NCBI GenBank assembly: GCA_919902495.1
Contig: CAKKRC010000012.1
Location: forward strand, 71,865 to 135,864
DNA: 64,000 nucleotides
From: Nitrospiria bacterium
GTDB taxonomy: Bacteria; Nitrospirota; UBA9217
Reading direction: 5' to 3'
Part shown: in pieces, positions 1 through 10,877 of the stretch
Position numbering within the stretch: the stretch's first letter is position 1
How the letters are laid out: every line of letters begins with the position of its first letter
Program-made: the position numbers and the translations under genes
Notes under the pieces: generated by a model
The model's database searches: none
What the model was told of the DNA's origin: nothing
The model's input: the letters and a program-made list of their open reading frames with translations, nothing else

Positions 1-36
1 AAGGGTTTGAAGTATTGAGATACCTTTGGAGGAACA

Positions 37-1374
37 GTGCATCCTGATTTTACGGGAAAACGGGTGACCGTCGTAGGCATGGCGCGGAGCGGCATCGCCG
101 CCGCGCGGGTCCTCCACGCCCTGGGCGCACGCGTGACGATCACCGACAAGAAACCCCTGGACCAGCTCGTTCAACAGGTAGCGGCGCTCGGGACCGGCGA
201 CATCGTCATCGAGGCGGGCGGCCACCCGGACCGCATCTTCATCGAGACGGACCTTATCGTGCTCTCGCCGGGCGTGCCCAAGATCCCGCAGGTCCTTACC
301 GCGCACCGGCACGGCGTGCGGGTCATCAGCGAGCTGGAGCTCGGCTGGTTCCTGTCCGACGCGCCCTTCGTCGGGATCACCGGCACGAACGGCAAGTCCA
401 CGGTCACGACGCTCGTGGGGCTGATGCTGCAGAAGGCCGGCAGGAAGACCCTCGTTGCCGGGAACATCGGGAACGCGCTGACCGAAACGCCCGAACTGCT
501 CCACGGGCAGGATTGGGTCGTGGTGGAGCTCTCGAGCTTTCAGCTGGAGGACATCGACACCTTCCGGCCGCGGGTGGCAACGATCCTGAACATCACCCAG
601 GACCACCTGGACCGCTACACCGATATGACCGAATATGGAGAGGCCAAGGCCCGGGTCTTCGAGAACCAGCACAAGGACGATGTCCTGGTCCTGAACTTCG
701 ATGATCCGCTGGTGCGTGCCATGGCGCGTAGCGCGTCCTCGCGGATCGTTCCCTTCTCCCGGTCCGAGAAGCACGAAAGCGGCGCCTATGTCGAGAATGA
801 CAATCTGGTCGTACGAAACGAGATCATCTGTCCCGTGGACGAGATCCTGATCAAGGGCGTGCATAATCTCGAGAATGCCATGGCAGCGGCGGCCGTGGCC
901 CTGGCAGCCGGTGCGGACCGCGCATCGGTCGCCGCGGTGCTCCGGGAGTTCCCCGGGCTCGAACACCGGCTCGAGTTCGTGGCTGAGAAGGACGGCGTCA
1001 CCTACATCAACGACTCCAAGGGAACGAACGTGGGAGCCGTGTTGAAGTCGGTCGAGGGGTTCACCCGGCCGGTGGTCCTCATCGCCGGCGGACTGGACAA
1101 GGGGAGCGACTTCAGCCCCCTCGTCGACCTGTTCCGGAGGAAGGTGAAGCTCCTGGTCCTCATCGGCAAAGCAGCGGACAAGATGGCGAAGGCGGTGGGA
1201 ACGGCCACCGAGACGGTATTCGCGAAGACGCTCCAGGACGCGGTGCAGCTTGCCGCGAAGCGCGCCGCGAGCGGCGACGTGGTGCTTCTTTCCCCGGCCT
1301 GCGCCAGCTTCGACATGTTCAAGGACTTCGAGGACCGGGGACGGCAGTTCAAGGAAGCGGTGAGGGCGTTATGA
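37..1374 (+). CDS. murD: UDP-N-acetylmuramoylalanine--D-glutamate ligase
   Basis: 445 aa; Mur ligase motifs (GITGTNGKST); position in dcw cluster upstream of ftsW. Confidence 0.9.
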   Translation: MHPDFTGKRVTVVGMARSGIAAARVLHALGARVTITDKKPLDQLVQQVAALGTGDIVIEAGGHPDRIFIETDLIVLSPGVPKIPQVLTAHRHGVRVISELELGWFLSDAPFVGITGTNGKSTVTTLVGLMLQKAGRKTLVAGNIGNALTETPELLHGQDWVVVELSSFQLEDIDTFRPRVATILNITQDHLDRYTDMTEYGEAKARVFENQHKDDVLVLNFDDPLVRAMARSASSRIVPFSRSEKHESGAYVENDNLVVRNEIICPVDEILIKGVHNLENAMAAAAVALAAGADRASVAAVLREFPGLEHRLEFVAEKDGVTYINDSKGTNVGAVLKSVEGFTRPVVLIAGGLDKGSDFSPLVDLFRRKVKLLVLIGKAADKMAKAVGTATETVFAKTLQDAVQLAAKRAASGDVVLLSPACASFDMFKDFEDRGRQFKEAVRAL

Positions 1375-1475
1375 ATTGGAAATTGCAAATTGGAAATTGT
1401 AAATTGCAAAGTGTAAATTGAAAAAGAAGGAAAGGCCATTTTGATATTTGATATTTACAATTTGAAATTTGCAAT
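1375..1475. repeat. 7-nt periodic tandem repeat (aattgNa) with inverted partner, murD-ftsW intergenic
   Basis: aattgga aattgca aattgga aattgta aattgca ... and downstream reverse-complement atttacaatttgaaatttgcaat; read directly. Confidence 0.7.
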
Positions 1476-1490
1476 GGTTCTGCCGGAGCT

Positions 1491-2594
1491 ATGATGGAAA
1501 CAACAAAGGGACAATACGATCGGCTCCTGCTCATGACGGTGATGCTGCTGCTTGGCGTCGGCGTGGTGATGGTGTACAGCTCCAGCAGCGCGGTCGCCCT
1601 TACGTCCTATAACGACAGCTCCTACTTCATGCGGCGCCAGATCATGTGGGCGATCATCGGCCTCCTGTGCATGATGGCGGCCATGCGCGTGGACCACGGG
1701 AAGCTTGCGGACAAGCGGGTCGTGCTCCTGCTCCTGGTGGTGACGTTCGTTCTGCTTGTTGCCACGTTCGTTCCGGGCATCGGCAGGACCGTCAACGGGG
1801 CGCGCAGGTGGATCCGGGCGGGGGGCCTCACCTTCCAGCCGGCCGAGCTCATGAAGTTCACCCTGGTCGTGTACATGAGCTCCTATCTCAGCACCAAGCA
1901 GGAGCTCATCGGCAATTTCAAGAGCGGCCTGCTGCCGGCTATTCTCGTGTCCGGCGTGTTCCTGGGGATGACCCTGCTCCAGCCGGACTTCGGGACGGTC
2001 ATGGCCATGGTCGTGGTGATGCTCTGCATGCTCCTTGCCGGGGGTGCGTCCCTCGCCCATCTCGGCGGGATCGTTCTCGCCGGCCTGCCCCTCGTGTATG
2101 TCGCGGTCGCGCACAAGGCGTACCGCCTGAAACGGATCACGTCGTTCCTGAATCCCTGGGACGATCCGCTGGGCGCGGGACACCAGATCATCCAGTCCTT
2201 CCTCGCTTTCGGCAGCGGCGGGGTGTTCGGCAGGGGGCTCGGCGAAGGACGGCAGAAATTCATGTTCCTGCCCGAGCGGCATTCGGATTTCATCTACGCG
2301 GTGATCGGCGAAGAGCTGGGGCTGATCGGCGCGGTCGTCGTGCTGCTGCTGTTCGGCGTCATCCTCTGGCGGGGGGTGCGCATCGCCCTGCGGACCGACG
2401 GGTTCAGCAAAATGCTCGCTCTGGGGCTTACGGTCCTGATCTGCGGCCAGGCGCTGATCAACATGGCGGTGGTCACCGGGATCATGCCGACCAAGGGGAT
2501 CGCCCTTCCGCTCGTGAGCTACGGCGGCTCCGCGCTGGTGGTGACCCTGGCGTCGGTGGGCGTGCTGCTGAACATCTCGAAGGAAACATCGTAA
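1491..2594 (+). CDS. ftsW: SEDS-family lipid II flippase/peptidoglycan polymerase FtsW
   Basis: 367 aa polytopic membrane protein; position between murD and murG. Confidence 0.9.
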   Translation: MMETTKGQYDRLLLMTVMLLLGVGVVMVYSSSSAVALTSYNDSSYFMRRQIMWAIIGLLCMMAAMRVDHGKLADKRVVLLLLVVTFVLLVATFVPGIGRTVNGARRWIRAGGLTFQPAELMKFTLVVYMSSYLSTKQELIGNFKSGLLPAILVSGVFLGMTLLQPDFGTVMAMVVVMLCMLLAGGASLAHLGGIVLAGLPLVYVAVAHKAYRLKRITSFLNPWDDPLGAGHQIIQSFLAFGSGGVFGRGLGEGRQKFMFLPERHSDFIYAVIGEELGLIGAVVVLLLFGVILWRGVRIALRTDGFSKMLALGLTVLICGQALINMAVVTGIMPTKGIALPLVSYGGSALVVTLASVGVLLNISKETS

Positions 2595-2620
2595 AGAAAT
2601 TAACGGCGGTTCTTTTACCG

Positions 2621-2648
2621 CAGCCAAAAGTAGGCGCTTCTAAGCGAG
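2621..2648. repeat. dispersed short repeat cagccaaaagtaggcgcttctaagcgag
   Basis: near-identical copies at 54187-54214, 21391-21413 (rc), 35811-35835, 57412-57440, 23252-23276. Confidence 0.6.
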
Positions 2649-2729
2649 GGCGCAGAGGTCGCTGAGAATGAAAAACCAAGGTCTTGCTTTTTATATAAGT
2701 TACACTCTGCGTTCTCCGCGTGCTCTGCG

Positions 2730-3821
2730 GTGGAAAACTTCCGGATGAAAGTTGTGATCGCGGCCGGCGGCACCGGCGGGCACCTCTATCCGGGCATCGC
2801 CATTGCGCGTGAGATATTGCTCGATGCCGGGAACGAGGTCCTCTTCGTCGGGACGGAGCAGGGGATCGAAGGCAGGGTGCTCCCGAAAGAGAACCTGCCT
2901 GTCAGGTTCATCACCGCGGGCAAGCTGAAGGGAATGGGCATCGCCTCACGGCTGCGGACCGTGTTCACGCTGCCGGCCAGCGTGGCCCAGTCAGTGAAAT
3001 TTCTCCGGCAGGAGCGGCCCCACGCGGTCATCGGCGTGGGCGGGTACGCATCGGGGCCCGTTGCCCTGGCTGCCTGGCTCCTGAGGATCCCGCTGATGAT
3101 CGTCGAACCGAACTCCTATGCCGGTCTCGCGAACCGGGTGGCCGGACGATTTGCCGCGAAGATCTTCGTCTGCTTTCCCGGAAGGGACGCGCAGGGATTC
3201 TTTCCGGCAAAGAAGAAGGTGCTGACCGGTCCGCTGGTGCGGAAGGGCATCACGGCAGGCGACCGCGATCAGGCGCTCAAGGCGTTCGGCCTCGAGGCCG
3301 GGCGGTTCACGCTCTTCGTTATGGGCGGCAGCGGCGGTGCCCACGCCATCAACATGGCAATGAAGGATGCCGCACCGGAGCTGCGGTCAGTGGAGAATCT
3401 CCAGGTCCTGCACCAGACCGGCGAGAAGGACGTGGAAGACGTGAAGGCAGGCTACCGGGCCGCGCGCGTTCAGGCCGTGGTGCTGCCCTATATCCAGGAC
3501 ATGGCCGGGGCCTATGCCGCAGCGGACCTGGTGGTCTCGCGCTCCGGCGCCACGACCGTTGCGGAACTGGCGGTCTGCGGAAAGCGGGCGGTGCTCATTC
3601 CCTACCCCTTCGCGGCGGACAACCACCAGGAGTACAACGCGCGGTCCCTGGCGAAGCGGGGGGGCGGCGAGGTGATCGTTCAGAAGGACCTGACGCCGGC
3701 GAAGCTGGCGGCGGTGATACAGCGCTTCGCACGCGACCGGGACGGGGCCATGTCCCTCCTGGCTTCGACCGCGGCGGAAGAGATCGTGAGGGCTTGCAAA
3801 GAACATGTTCAAAAAGATTAA
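2730..3821 (+). CDS. murG: UDP-N-acetylglucosamine--N-acetylmuramyl-(pentapeptide) pyrophosphoryl-undecaprenol GlcNAc transferase
   Basis: [11 protein letters not shown]-terminal motif; dcw position; true start may be the Met at 2745. Confidence 0.9.
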   Translation: MENFRMKVVIAAGGTGGHLYPGIAIAREILLDAGNEVLFVGTEQGIEGRVLPKENLPVRFITAGKLKGMGIASRLRTVFTLPASVAQSVKFLRQERPHAVIGVGGYASGPVALAAWLLRIPLMIVEPNSYAGLANRVAGRFAAKIFVCFPGRDAQGFFPAKKKVLTGPLVRKGITAGDRDQALKAFGLEAGRFTLFVMGGSGGAHAINMAMKDAAPELRSVENLQVLHQTGEKDVEDVKAGYRAARVQAVVLPYIQDMAGAYAAADLVVSRSGATTVAELAVCGKRAVLIPYPFAADNHQEYNARSLAKRGGGEVIVQKDLTPAKLAAVIQRFARDRDGAMSLLASTAAEEIVRACKEHVQKD

Positions 3822-5175
3822 ACATATCCACTTCGTGGGCATCGGCGGCGTCGGCATGAGCGGCATCGCGGAGGTGCTGCTGAACCTGGGCTACAAGGTC
3901 TCGGGCTCGGACCTCCGCGAGTCGGACACGACCCGGCGGCTACGCGATCTGGGCGGCGAGATCAAGATCGGCCACCGGCCCGAGAACATTGAGTCGCCTC
4001 ACGTCGTCGTGATCTCCTCGGCGGTGAAGAAGGACAATGTCGAGGTCATCGCCGCGCGCGGGAAACAGGTGCCGGTGATCCCGCGGGCGGAGATGCTCGC
4101 CGAGCTCATGCGGCTCAAGTACGGTGTGGCCATCGCGGGCGCCCACGGCAAGACCACGACGACCTCCCTGGTCGCGACGGTGCTGGCCGCGGGGGGGATC
4201 GACCCGACGGTGGTCATCGGCGGGAAGCTCAACAGCCTCGGCTCCAACGCCAAGCTGGGCCAGGGCGAGTTCCTCGTGGCCGAGGCCGACGAGAGCGACG
4301 GCAGCTTCCTGAAGCTGTCGCCGACGATCGCCGTGGTGACGAACATCGACGCGGAGCACCTGGACTATTATAAGGACATCAACGAGATAAAGGACGCCTT
4401 CCTGCAGTTCATCAACAAGGTGCCGTTCTACGGCGTCGCGATCCTCTGTCTGGACCAGCAGCACATCCAGTCCCTCATCCCGCAGATCGAAAAGCGGTAC
4501 CTGACCTACGGCATGAGCAGTCAGGCGGACTACCAGGCGAAGGACATAACGTTCATGCCGCTGGGCTCAAAGTTCCGGGTCGTGAACCACACCGGCGACC
4601 TCGGATGGTTCGAGCTTTCCATTCCCGGCCTGCACAACGTGAGCAACAGCATGGCGGCCATCGCCGTGGCGCGGGAGCTGGAGGTCGACGTCGAGGTGAT
4701 CCGCAAGGCGCTCAAGGGCTTCAGCGGCGTACAGCGCCGCTTCCAGATCAAGGGTGAAGCGAAGGGGGTCCTGGTGGTGGATGACTATGGACACCATCCC
4801 ACGGAGGTCCGCGCGACGCTGGCCGCGGCCAAGGCGGCGCTCGGCCGCCGGGTGGTCTGCGTGTTCCAGCCCCACCGGTACACGCGCACCAAGCATCTGT
4901 TCGAAGAGTTCCTCACCGCCTTCAACCAGGCGGACCGGGTCATCATTATGGACATCTACGCGGCGGGCGAGCAGCCCATCCCCGGCGTCACCGGGCAGGC
5001 GGTGTACGAAGGGATAAAAAAATACGGCCACAAGGACGCCGCCTATCTTGGCGGCAAGGACGAGATCGTGAAGCACCTCTGCGGAACGCTCACCGAGGGC
5101 GACCTGCTGCTGACCCTCGGGGCGGGTGATGTCTGGAAACTGGGAGAAACAGTGCTGGAGAAGCTGAAAGCATGA
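3805..5175 (+). CDS. murC: UDP-N-acetylmuramate--L-alanine ligase
   Basis: [14 protein letters not shown] and [10 protein letters not shown] motifs; dcw position. Confidence 0.9.
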   Translation: MFKKIKHIHFVGIGGVGMSGIAEVLLNLGYKVSGSDLRESDTTRRLRDLGGEIKIGHRPENIESPHVVVISSAVKKDNVEVIAARGKQVPVIPRAEMLAELMRLKYGVAIAGAHGKTTTTSLVATVLAAGGIDPTVVIGGKLNSLGSNAKLGQGEFLVAEADESDGSFLKLSPTIAVVTNIDAEHLDYYKDINEIKDAFLQFINKVPFYGVAILCLDQQHIQSLIPQIEKRYLTYGMSSQADYQAKDITFMPLGSKFRVVNHTGDLGWFELSIPGLHNVSNSMAAIAVARELEVDVEVIRKALKGFSGVQRRFQIKGEAKGVLVVDDYGHHPTEVRATLAAAKAALGRRVVCVFQPHRYTRTKHLFEEFLTAFNQADRVIIMDIYAAGEQPIPGVTGQAVYEGIKKYGHKDAAYLGGKDEIVKHLCGTLTEGDLLLTLGAGDVWKLGETVLEKLKA

Positions 5176-6080
5176 AGTTCACGGACCTGCGCGGCGAGAT
5201 ACGACTGCACGAGCCCATGAGCGGCCATACGTCCTTCCGGATCGGGGGGAACGCCGACGCCCTGGTCTTTCCCGTGGACCGGCAGGACCTGGCAGCGCTG
5301 CTGCGGGAGATCAGGGACCAGCGCCTCCCCTTCGTGGTCCTGGGCGGCGGCACCAACCTGCTGGTCCGGGACGGCGGTTTCCGCGGCGCGGCCATAAGCC
5401 TCAAAAAGATGGCTGACATTGATATCTCCCGTGAATACCGGTCCCTGGGGGGCTCGTTCGCGGTGATCACAGTCGAGGCCGGCGCGATGCTGGCACGGCT
5501 GCTGAGCTTCTCGGTGGAGCACGGACTGACGGGGTTTGAGTTTTCCACGGGCATCCCCGGCACGGTGGGAGGCGCCGTGTGCATGAACGCCGGCACCGCG
5601 CAGGGCGAGATGGGCGACATCATCGACACGGTCACCCTGGTCGCACCCGACGGCGAACTGATCCTTCGCCACCGTGAAGAGATGGGATTCGGATACCGGA
5701 CGGCGAACATTCCCGCCGACCATGTCGTGCTCGATGCCAAGATCCTCCTGCGGTACGGCGACGCCGGGAAGATCAAGGCCCGCGTGAAGCAGATCATGGC
5801 GGGGAGGAAGGAGCGGCAGCCCTGGGGCCTGCCGAACGCCGGGTCGGTGTTCAAGAATCCCCTGGACGAGTCCGCGGGCAAGCTCATTGAATCAGCGGGC
5901 TGCAAGGGCCTGACGGTCGGCGGCGCGCAGGTGTCGCAGAAGCACGCGAACTTCATCGTAAACCGGGGGAACGCCACAGCGGCGGACGTGCTGCAACTCA
6001 TGGAGCTCATCAAGGAAAAGGTCCTGGAGATGCACCGGGTACGGCTCGAGCCGGAGATCAAGATCATCGGAGAAGATTGA
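5172..6080 (+). CDS. murB: UDP-N-acetylenolpyruvoylglucosamine reductase
   Basis: FAD-binding MurB family; overlaps murC stop by 4 nt. Confidence 0.9.
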   Translation: MKFTDLRGEIRLHEPMSGHTSFRIGGNADALVFPVDRQDLAALLREIRDQRLPFVVLGGGTNLLVRDGGFRGAAISLKKMADIDISREYRSLGGSFAVITVEAGAMLARLLSFSVEHGLTGFEFSTGIPGTVGGAVCMNAGTAQGEMGDIIDTVTLVAPDGELILRHREEMGFGYRTANIPADHVVLDAKILLRYGDAGKIKARVKQIMAGRKERQPWGLPNAGSVFKNPLDESAGKLIESAGCKGLTVGGAQVSQKHANFIVNRGNATAADVLQLMELIKEKVLEMHRVRLEPEIKIIGED

Positions 6081-6176
6081 GAAGGAGAAATCCCAAATAA
6101 GCACCAAGCACGAATTTCCAAATGTAGTACCTGATCATTGAACATTGGAGTTTGAATATTATTTGAGATTTGAAAT

Positions 6177-7124
6177 TTGCGATTTGGAGATTACATGACC
6201 ATGGCTCTCGTGACGAAGAAGAAGATCGGTGTCCTCATGGGCGGACTGTCGTCGGAGCGGGAGGTGTCGCTTGCCTCCGGCACGGCGGTCCTCAAGGCGC
6301 TCACCGGCAGGGGCTATGACGCGGTCGCCGTCGACGTGGGGCGGGACGCGGCCGACCGGATACGGTCGAGCGGCATCGAGATCGCGTTCAACGCCCTGCA
6401 CGGGAAGTTCGGCGAGGACGGCGCCATCCAGGGCATGCTCGAGATCATGGGCATCCCCTGCACCGGCTCCGGCATCCTCGCCTCCGCCATGGGCATGAAC
6501 AAGATCATCTCCAAGACCCTGTTCAAGGCCTATGGCCTGCAGGTCGGCGCGTTCCTGTCCGTTGCCCGCGGGGACCGCGATATGCTCAAGACCGCCCAGT
6601 CCGAGATCGGCTTCCCGCTGGTCGTGAAGCCCAGCTCGGAAGGGTCCAGCGTGGGCGTGAGCCTGGTCCACGCGCAGAGCGATTTTGACGCCGCGGTCAA
6701 GCTGGCCTTCGGCTACGACCCCGAGATCCTCGTCGAGCGGTACATCCGCGGCATGGAGGTGCAGGTCGGGATCCTGGGCGAGCGGGCCCTGGGCGCCATC
6801 GAGATCGTGCCGAAGGACGACTTCTACAGCTACAAGGCAAAGTACGAGCAGGGGATGTCGGCGCACTTTTTCCCCGCCCGCATCCCCAAGGACGTATATA
6901 CCAGGACGCTTGATGCCGGACTGCTCGCGCACCGCGCGCTGGGGTGCCGGGGGTACAGCCGGGTGGACTTCATCATCGACAACGACGGCGTGCCCTTCAT
7001 CCTCGAGGTGAACACCCTGCCGGGCATGACGGCCACGAGCCTGCTGCCCGAGATCGCCCAGGGCGCCGGGATCCAGTTCCCCGACCTGGTGGAGGAGATA
7101 CTGAGACTGGCGATTGCAGCATGA
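6177..7124 (+). CDS. ddl: D-alanine--D-alanine ligase
   Basis: ATP-grasp Ddl motifs (IGVLMGGLSSEREVSL, LPGMTATSLLP); likely start at Met 6195. Confidence 0.9.
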   Translation: MRFGDYMTMALVTKKKIGVLMGGLSSEREVSLASGTAVLKALTGRGYDAVAVDVGRDAADRIRSSGIEIAFNALHGKFGEDGAIQGMLEIMGIPCTGSGILASAMGMNKIISKTLFKAYGLQVGAFLSVARGDRDMLKTAQSEIGFPLVVKPSSEGSSVGVSLVHAQSDFDAAVKLAFGYDPEILVERYIRGMEVQVGILGERALGAIEIVPKDDFYSYKAKYEQGMSAHFFPARIPKDVYTRTLDAGLLAHRALGCRGYSRVDFIIDNDGVPFILEVNTLPGMTATSLLPEIAQGAGIQFPDLVEEILRLAIAA

Positions 7125-7195
7125 TTTCGGATTGCGGATTAATAAGCCTCAGAACAGCGTAAGATTTTTCAATCCGCAATCCGCAATAGACTTAT
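7118..7195. repeat. 7-nt periodic cggattg micro-repeat with inverted copy
   Basis: ttcggattgcggatt ... aatccgcaatccgcaat forms a long hairpin between ddl and ftsQ; same family at 52437-52480 and 56480-56515. Confidence 0.65.
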
Positions 7196-8048
7196 GAAAG
7201 ACTATAAGAACGTAAAGGTCCCCCGGAGATACCGCTCCACGTCGAACCGCACCGTGGTCCGGCGGGTGGAGGCGGCGACCGGCCCGAAAAAGCGCGGCGG
7301 GAGCGTCACGGGCCAGCTGGGATCGGTCCTCACTGTCCTGCTGACGGCCGCGCTCTGCTACGGCGGATGGGAAGGGTACCGGTGGCTCACCCATGCAGAG
7401 ATATTCTCCATCGCCGGCGTCGATGTGAAGGGCGTTCGGTCGATGAGCGATGAGAATATCCGGGACGTGGCGGCGATGTTCACCGGCCAGAACGTCTTCC
7501 AGGTGGACCCGGGCGCCGCGACCCGCAGGGTGATGGCAGATCCTTGGGTGCGTGACGTCAGGATCGAGCGGCGGCTTCCGAACCGGATCAGCATTTTTGT
7601 TGCGGAGCGCGTGCCAAAAGCAGTGCTGCACGCGTCCAATGGGAAGTATCTCATCGACGGCGAAGGCGTGGTCATGGTGCCGATCGGGGCCGCCGCCGCG
7701 CCGCCGTTGCCGGTCATCGCCCTGCGGGACTGCCGCGCGGTGCCCCGGGAGCCGGTGACGAAGGGCGCGGTGCTTGAAGCGCTGGAACTGCTCGATGAGC
7801 TCGCGGCGCGGGGCGGCTGGGACATCGCCGGCGTGACGGTGAAAGCGGATTCGGCCGAGACGGTAACCATCGTCTACGCGGACCACGAATTCCGGATCGG
7901 CAGCGGGAACTACAACGAGAAACTGAGGCGAATGGGAGAGATCGTCGCGGACATGCGTCAGCGCGGCCTCGCCTATACCTATGTGGAGCTGCGGCCGGAG
8001 CGCCAGGCCGCGGTGATGGTGGTGAAGAACACGAAGTTAAGAAGGTAG
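7194..8048 (+). CDS. ftsQ: cell division protein FtsQ/DivIB
   Basis: 284 aa, N-terminal TM segment, POTRA-like region; position between ddl and ftsA. Confidence 0.75.
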   Translation: MKDYKNVKVPRRYRSTSNRTVVRRVEAATGPKKRGGSVTGQLGSVLTVLLTAALCYGGWEGYRWLTHAEIFSIAGVDVKGVRSMSDENIRDVAAMFTGQNVFQVDPGAATRRVMADPWVRDVRIERRLPNRISIFVAERVPKAVLHASNGKYLIDGEGVVMVPIGAAAAPPLPVIALRDCRAVPREPVTKGAVLEALELLDELAARGGWDIAGVTVKADSAETVTIVYADHEFRIGSGNYNEKLRRMGEIVADMRQRGLAYTYVELRPERQAAVMVVKNTKLRR

Positions 8049-8097
8049 GAAGATAAGAAGGTAGGAAGATAAGAAGGTAAGAAGGTAGGAAGAAGCA
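8040..8097. repeat. 8-nt periodic purine-rich tandem repeat (gtaggaag/ataagaag) immediately upstream of ftsA
   Basis: gtaggaag ataagaag gtaggaag ataagaag gtaagaag gtaggaag; SD-like AGGAAG units. Confidence 0.7.
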
Positions 8098-9384
8098 GTG
8101 CAGTTGACTTCTCAACTTCCCACCATCCCAACTTCGGCCGTTTGCCGTTACAGGGGGTGCATCGTGGCAAAGAAACCGAACAATATCATCGTAGGGCTTG
8201 ACCTGGGAACGACCAAGGTCTGCGCCATCGTCGGCGAGGCGAAGGACGACGGTCAGGTGGACATCATCGGGATCGGCATCAGCCCGTCCCACGGCCTGAA
8301 AAAGGGCGTGGTGGTGAACATCGACAGCACCGTGGAGTCCATCAAGAAGGCGGTGAAGGAAGCGGAGCTCATGGCCGGCGTGCAGATCAACTCGGTCTAC
8401 GTGGGGATCTCCGGAGACCACATCAAGGGGCTCAAGTCGCAGGGCGTGGCCGCCATCAAGAACCGGGAGGTCGGCTCCGCCGACGTGGCGAGGGCCATTG
8501 ACACCGCCCGGTCCATCGACATCCCCGGGACCCAGCAGATCCTCCATGTCCTGCCCCAGGAGTTCATCATCGACGACCAGGACGGCATCAAGGAGCCGCA
8601 CGGCATGTCGGGGACGCGCCTCGACGTGAAGGTCCATATCATCACGGGCGCCGTAACGGCCATCCAGAACATCATCAAGAGCTGCTCCCGCGCCGGTCTC
8701 CACGTGAACGACCTGGTGCTTCAGCCCCTGGCGTCCAGCCGGGCGGTGCTGACCTCGGAGGAGCAGGAGCTGGGCGTGGTGGTCGTGGACATCGGCGGGG
8801 GTACCACGGACATGGCGCTCTTCCGCGAGGGGAGCCTCTTCTATACCGGCGTGCTTCCCGTCGGAGGGAACCATGTGACGAACGACATCGCCATCGGGCT
8901 CCGCACGCCTCAGTCCGAGGCTGAGAAGATCAAGATCAGGCACGGCTGCGCGCTGGCGTCGCTGGTGAAGCATGAGGAAACGATCGAGGTCCCGAGCGTG
9001 GGAGGCAGGCCGCCCCGGCTCCTCTCGCGGCAGATCCTGTGCGAGATCATCGAGCCCCGGGTGGCCGAGCTGTTCGAGATCGTCCAGCAGCGCATCAAGA
9101 GCACGGCCTCCGAAGATATGATCGCTTCCGGCGTCGTGCTGACCGGCGGCACGGCGCTCCTCGAGGGGATGCAGGACGCCGCCGAAAAGTACCTCGGCAT
9201 GCCGATCAGGCGGGGGACGCCGAGGAACATCGGCGGGCTCCAGGACGTGGTGAACAGCCCCATCTACGCCACGGGCGTCGGGCTGGTGCTCCACGGCGCC
9301 GAGAACCATCAGGCGGTGCCGGCGCGGTTCGCGGCCGGCGGCATCATGGGCAGGATATGGAAGGCGGTCAGTGATTTCATATAA
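8098..9384 (+). CDS. ftsA: cell division protein FtsA
   Basis: actin-like ATPase motifs (IVGLDLGTTK, DIGGGTTD); true start probably internal. Confidence 0.9.
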   Translation: MQLTSQLPTIPTSAVCRYRGCIVAKKPNNIIVGLDLGTTKVCAIVGEAKDDGQVDIIGIGISPSHGLKKGVVVNIDSTVESIKKAVKEAELMAGVQINSVYVGISGDHIKGLKSQGVAAIKNREVGSADVARAIDTARSIDIPGTQQILHVLPQEFIIDDQDGIKEPHGMSGTRLDVKVHIITGAVTAIQNIIKSCSRAGLHVNDLVLQPLASSRAVLTSEEQELGVVVVDIGGGTTDMALFREGSLFYTGVLPVGGNHVTNDIAIGLRTPQSEAEKIKIRHGCALASLVKHEETIEVPSVGGRPPRLLSRQILCEIIEPRVAELFEIVQQRIKSTASEDMIASGVVLTGGTALLEGMQDAAEKYLGMPIRRGTPRNIGGLQDVVNSPIYATGVGLVLHGAENHQAVPARFAAGGIMGRIWKAVSDFI

Positions 9385-9402
9385 AGGAAGGAACGGGACG
9401 CT

Positions 9403-10659
9403 ATGACGACAGACCCCAACGCGCGGTCAGGAGAACATGCCATGGATGACACGATGGATATGCGGTTTCAGGACATCATGGAATTCGTCGCCGAAGAGCA
9501 TACGAGCAGTGAAAGGGGGACAGCACCGATGATCCAGTTCGATGACGATCAGAAGCTTCCGGCCCGGATCAAGGTGATCGGGGTGGGCGGCTGCGGCGGA
9601 AACGCCGTGAGCACGATGGTGCAGGCCGGGATCCAGGGGGTCGAGTTCATCGCGGCCAACACGGACCGGCAGGCGCTCGACGGCACGGGCGCGCCGAGCA
9701 AGTTCCAGATAGGCACCAAGCTCACCCACGGCCGGGGTGCGGGGGCGAATCCCGAGGTCGGCAGGAACGCCGCGCTCGAGGACGCCGACCGCATCAAGGC
9801 GCTGCTGGAGGGGACCGAGATGGTCTTCATCACCGCGGGCATGGGCGGCGGAACGGGGACCGGAGCGGCCCCGGTCATCGCGAAGATCGCCCGCGAGGTC
9901 GGGGCGCTCGCGGTCGCCGTGGTCACCAAACCCTTCAGCTTCGAGGGCGCCCGGCGGATGCGCTACGCCGAGGAAGGGCTCACGGAGCTCAAGAAGAACG
10001 TGGACGCGCTGATCGTGATCCCCAACGACCGGCTGATCAACCTCTCGGAGAAGAACACGCGCATCAGCGAGGCCTTCAAGCTATCCGACGACGTGCTGAT
10101 GCAGGCGGTGAAGGGCATCTCCGACGTGGTCCTCGTCCGGGGCCGGGTGAACGTGGACTTCGCGGACGTGAAGACCGTCATGGCCAACCGCGGGCGCGCG
10201 GTCATGGGCATGGGCATCGCCAAAGGCCCGGGGAGGGGTGTTGAGGCGGCGCACAAGGCCATCTCGAGCCCGCTGCTGGAGGACGGCTCCATCAAGGGCG
10301 CCCGCGCTGCGCTGATCAACATTACCGGCGGCAGCGACCTGGGCATGAGCGAGATCGACGAAGTGATGGGGGTCATCCGGGCCGAGGCGGACCCGGAGGC
10401 GAACATCATCTTCGGGATGGTGGACAACGCCGACATGAGCGAAGAGATCATGGTGACGGTGCTCGCCACGGGTTTCGACGAAGAAGGGGTCCGCAACCTT
10501 GCCAAGAGGCCGTCGAGCCTCAAGGAGTTCCGGAAGACCGAGGAAAAACCGAATCTCAAGCGGAGGCCGGAACTGACGAATACCGGCGATCTTGACCTTT
10601 TCAGCGGGAGGAAGGACAACCTGGACAAACCCGCCTATCTGCGCCGGGCCGCTGATTAG
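9403..10659 (+). CDS. ftsZ: cell division GTPase FtsZ
   Basis: IKVIGVGGCGGNAV and tubulin signature GGGTGTG; start may be internal (MEF... or MIQF...). Confidence 0.95.
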   Translation: MTTDPNARSGEHAMDDTMDMRFQDIMEFVAEEHTSSERGTAPMIQFDDDQKLPARIKVIGVGGCGGNAVSTMVQAGIQGVEFIAANTDRQALDGTGAPSKFQIGTKLTHGRGAGANPEVGRNAALEDADRIKALLEGTEMVFITAGMGGGTGTGAAPVIAKIAREVGALAVAVVTKPFSFEGARRMRYAEEGLTELKKNVDALIVIPNDRLINLSEKNTRISEAFKLSDDVLMQAVKGISDVVLVRGRVNVDFADVKTVMANRGRAVMGMGIAKGPGRGVEAAHKAISSPLLEDGSIKGARAALINITGGSDLGMSEIDEVMGVIRAEADPEANIIFGMVDNADMSEEIMVTVLATGFDEEGVRNLAKRPSSLKEFRKTEEKPNLKRRPELTNTGDLDLFSGRKDNLDKPAYLRRAAD

Positions 10660-10877
10660 TTACAGATCAAATGCTACTTCTATGCAAAAATGGCAAGAAA
10701 ATTATCGCCACGATGGCCAAAACGAGGGCCACACTGAGGCACTAAGACACAAAGAACGTCATGAACAGTATCGAGTTAATTAAACCACGAAACACTCAGG
10801 CATCTCTTTGTGATCTCGTTTAGAAACGACTGCACCGACCCGGTCCTGCCCGCGGGCGGGGCGGAGGGGAGGGAGGC

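Noticed and set aside
1349-1534. 61-aa ORF (…CKYQISKW…CNLQFPICNFQF)
   Set aside because: Translation of the aattgNa micro-repeat
1455-2627. 390-aa minus-strand ORF antisense to ftsW (also 1646-2665 alternate frame)
   Set aside because: His/Arg/Asp-rich low-complexity translation typical of a high-GC antisense frame; it fully overlaps a well-supported ftsW
7714-9309. 531-aa minus-strand ORF antisense to ftsA/ftsQ
   Set aside because: Pro/Arg/Ala-rich composition and no motifs; overlaps two conserved division genes
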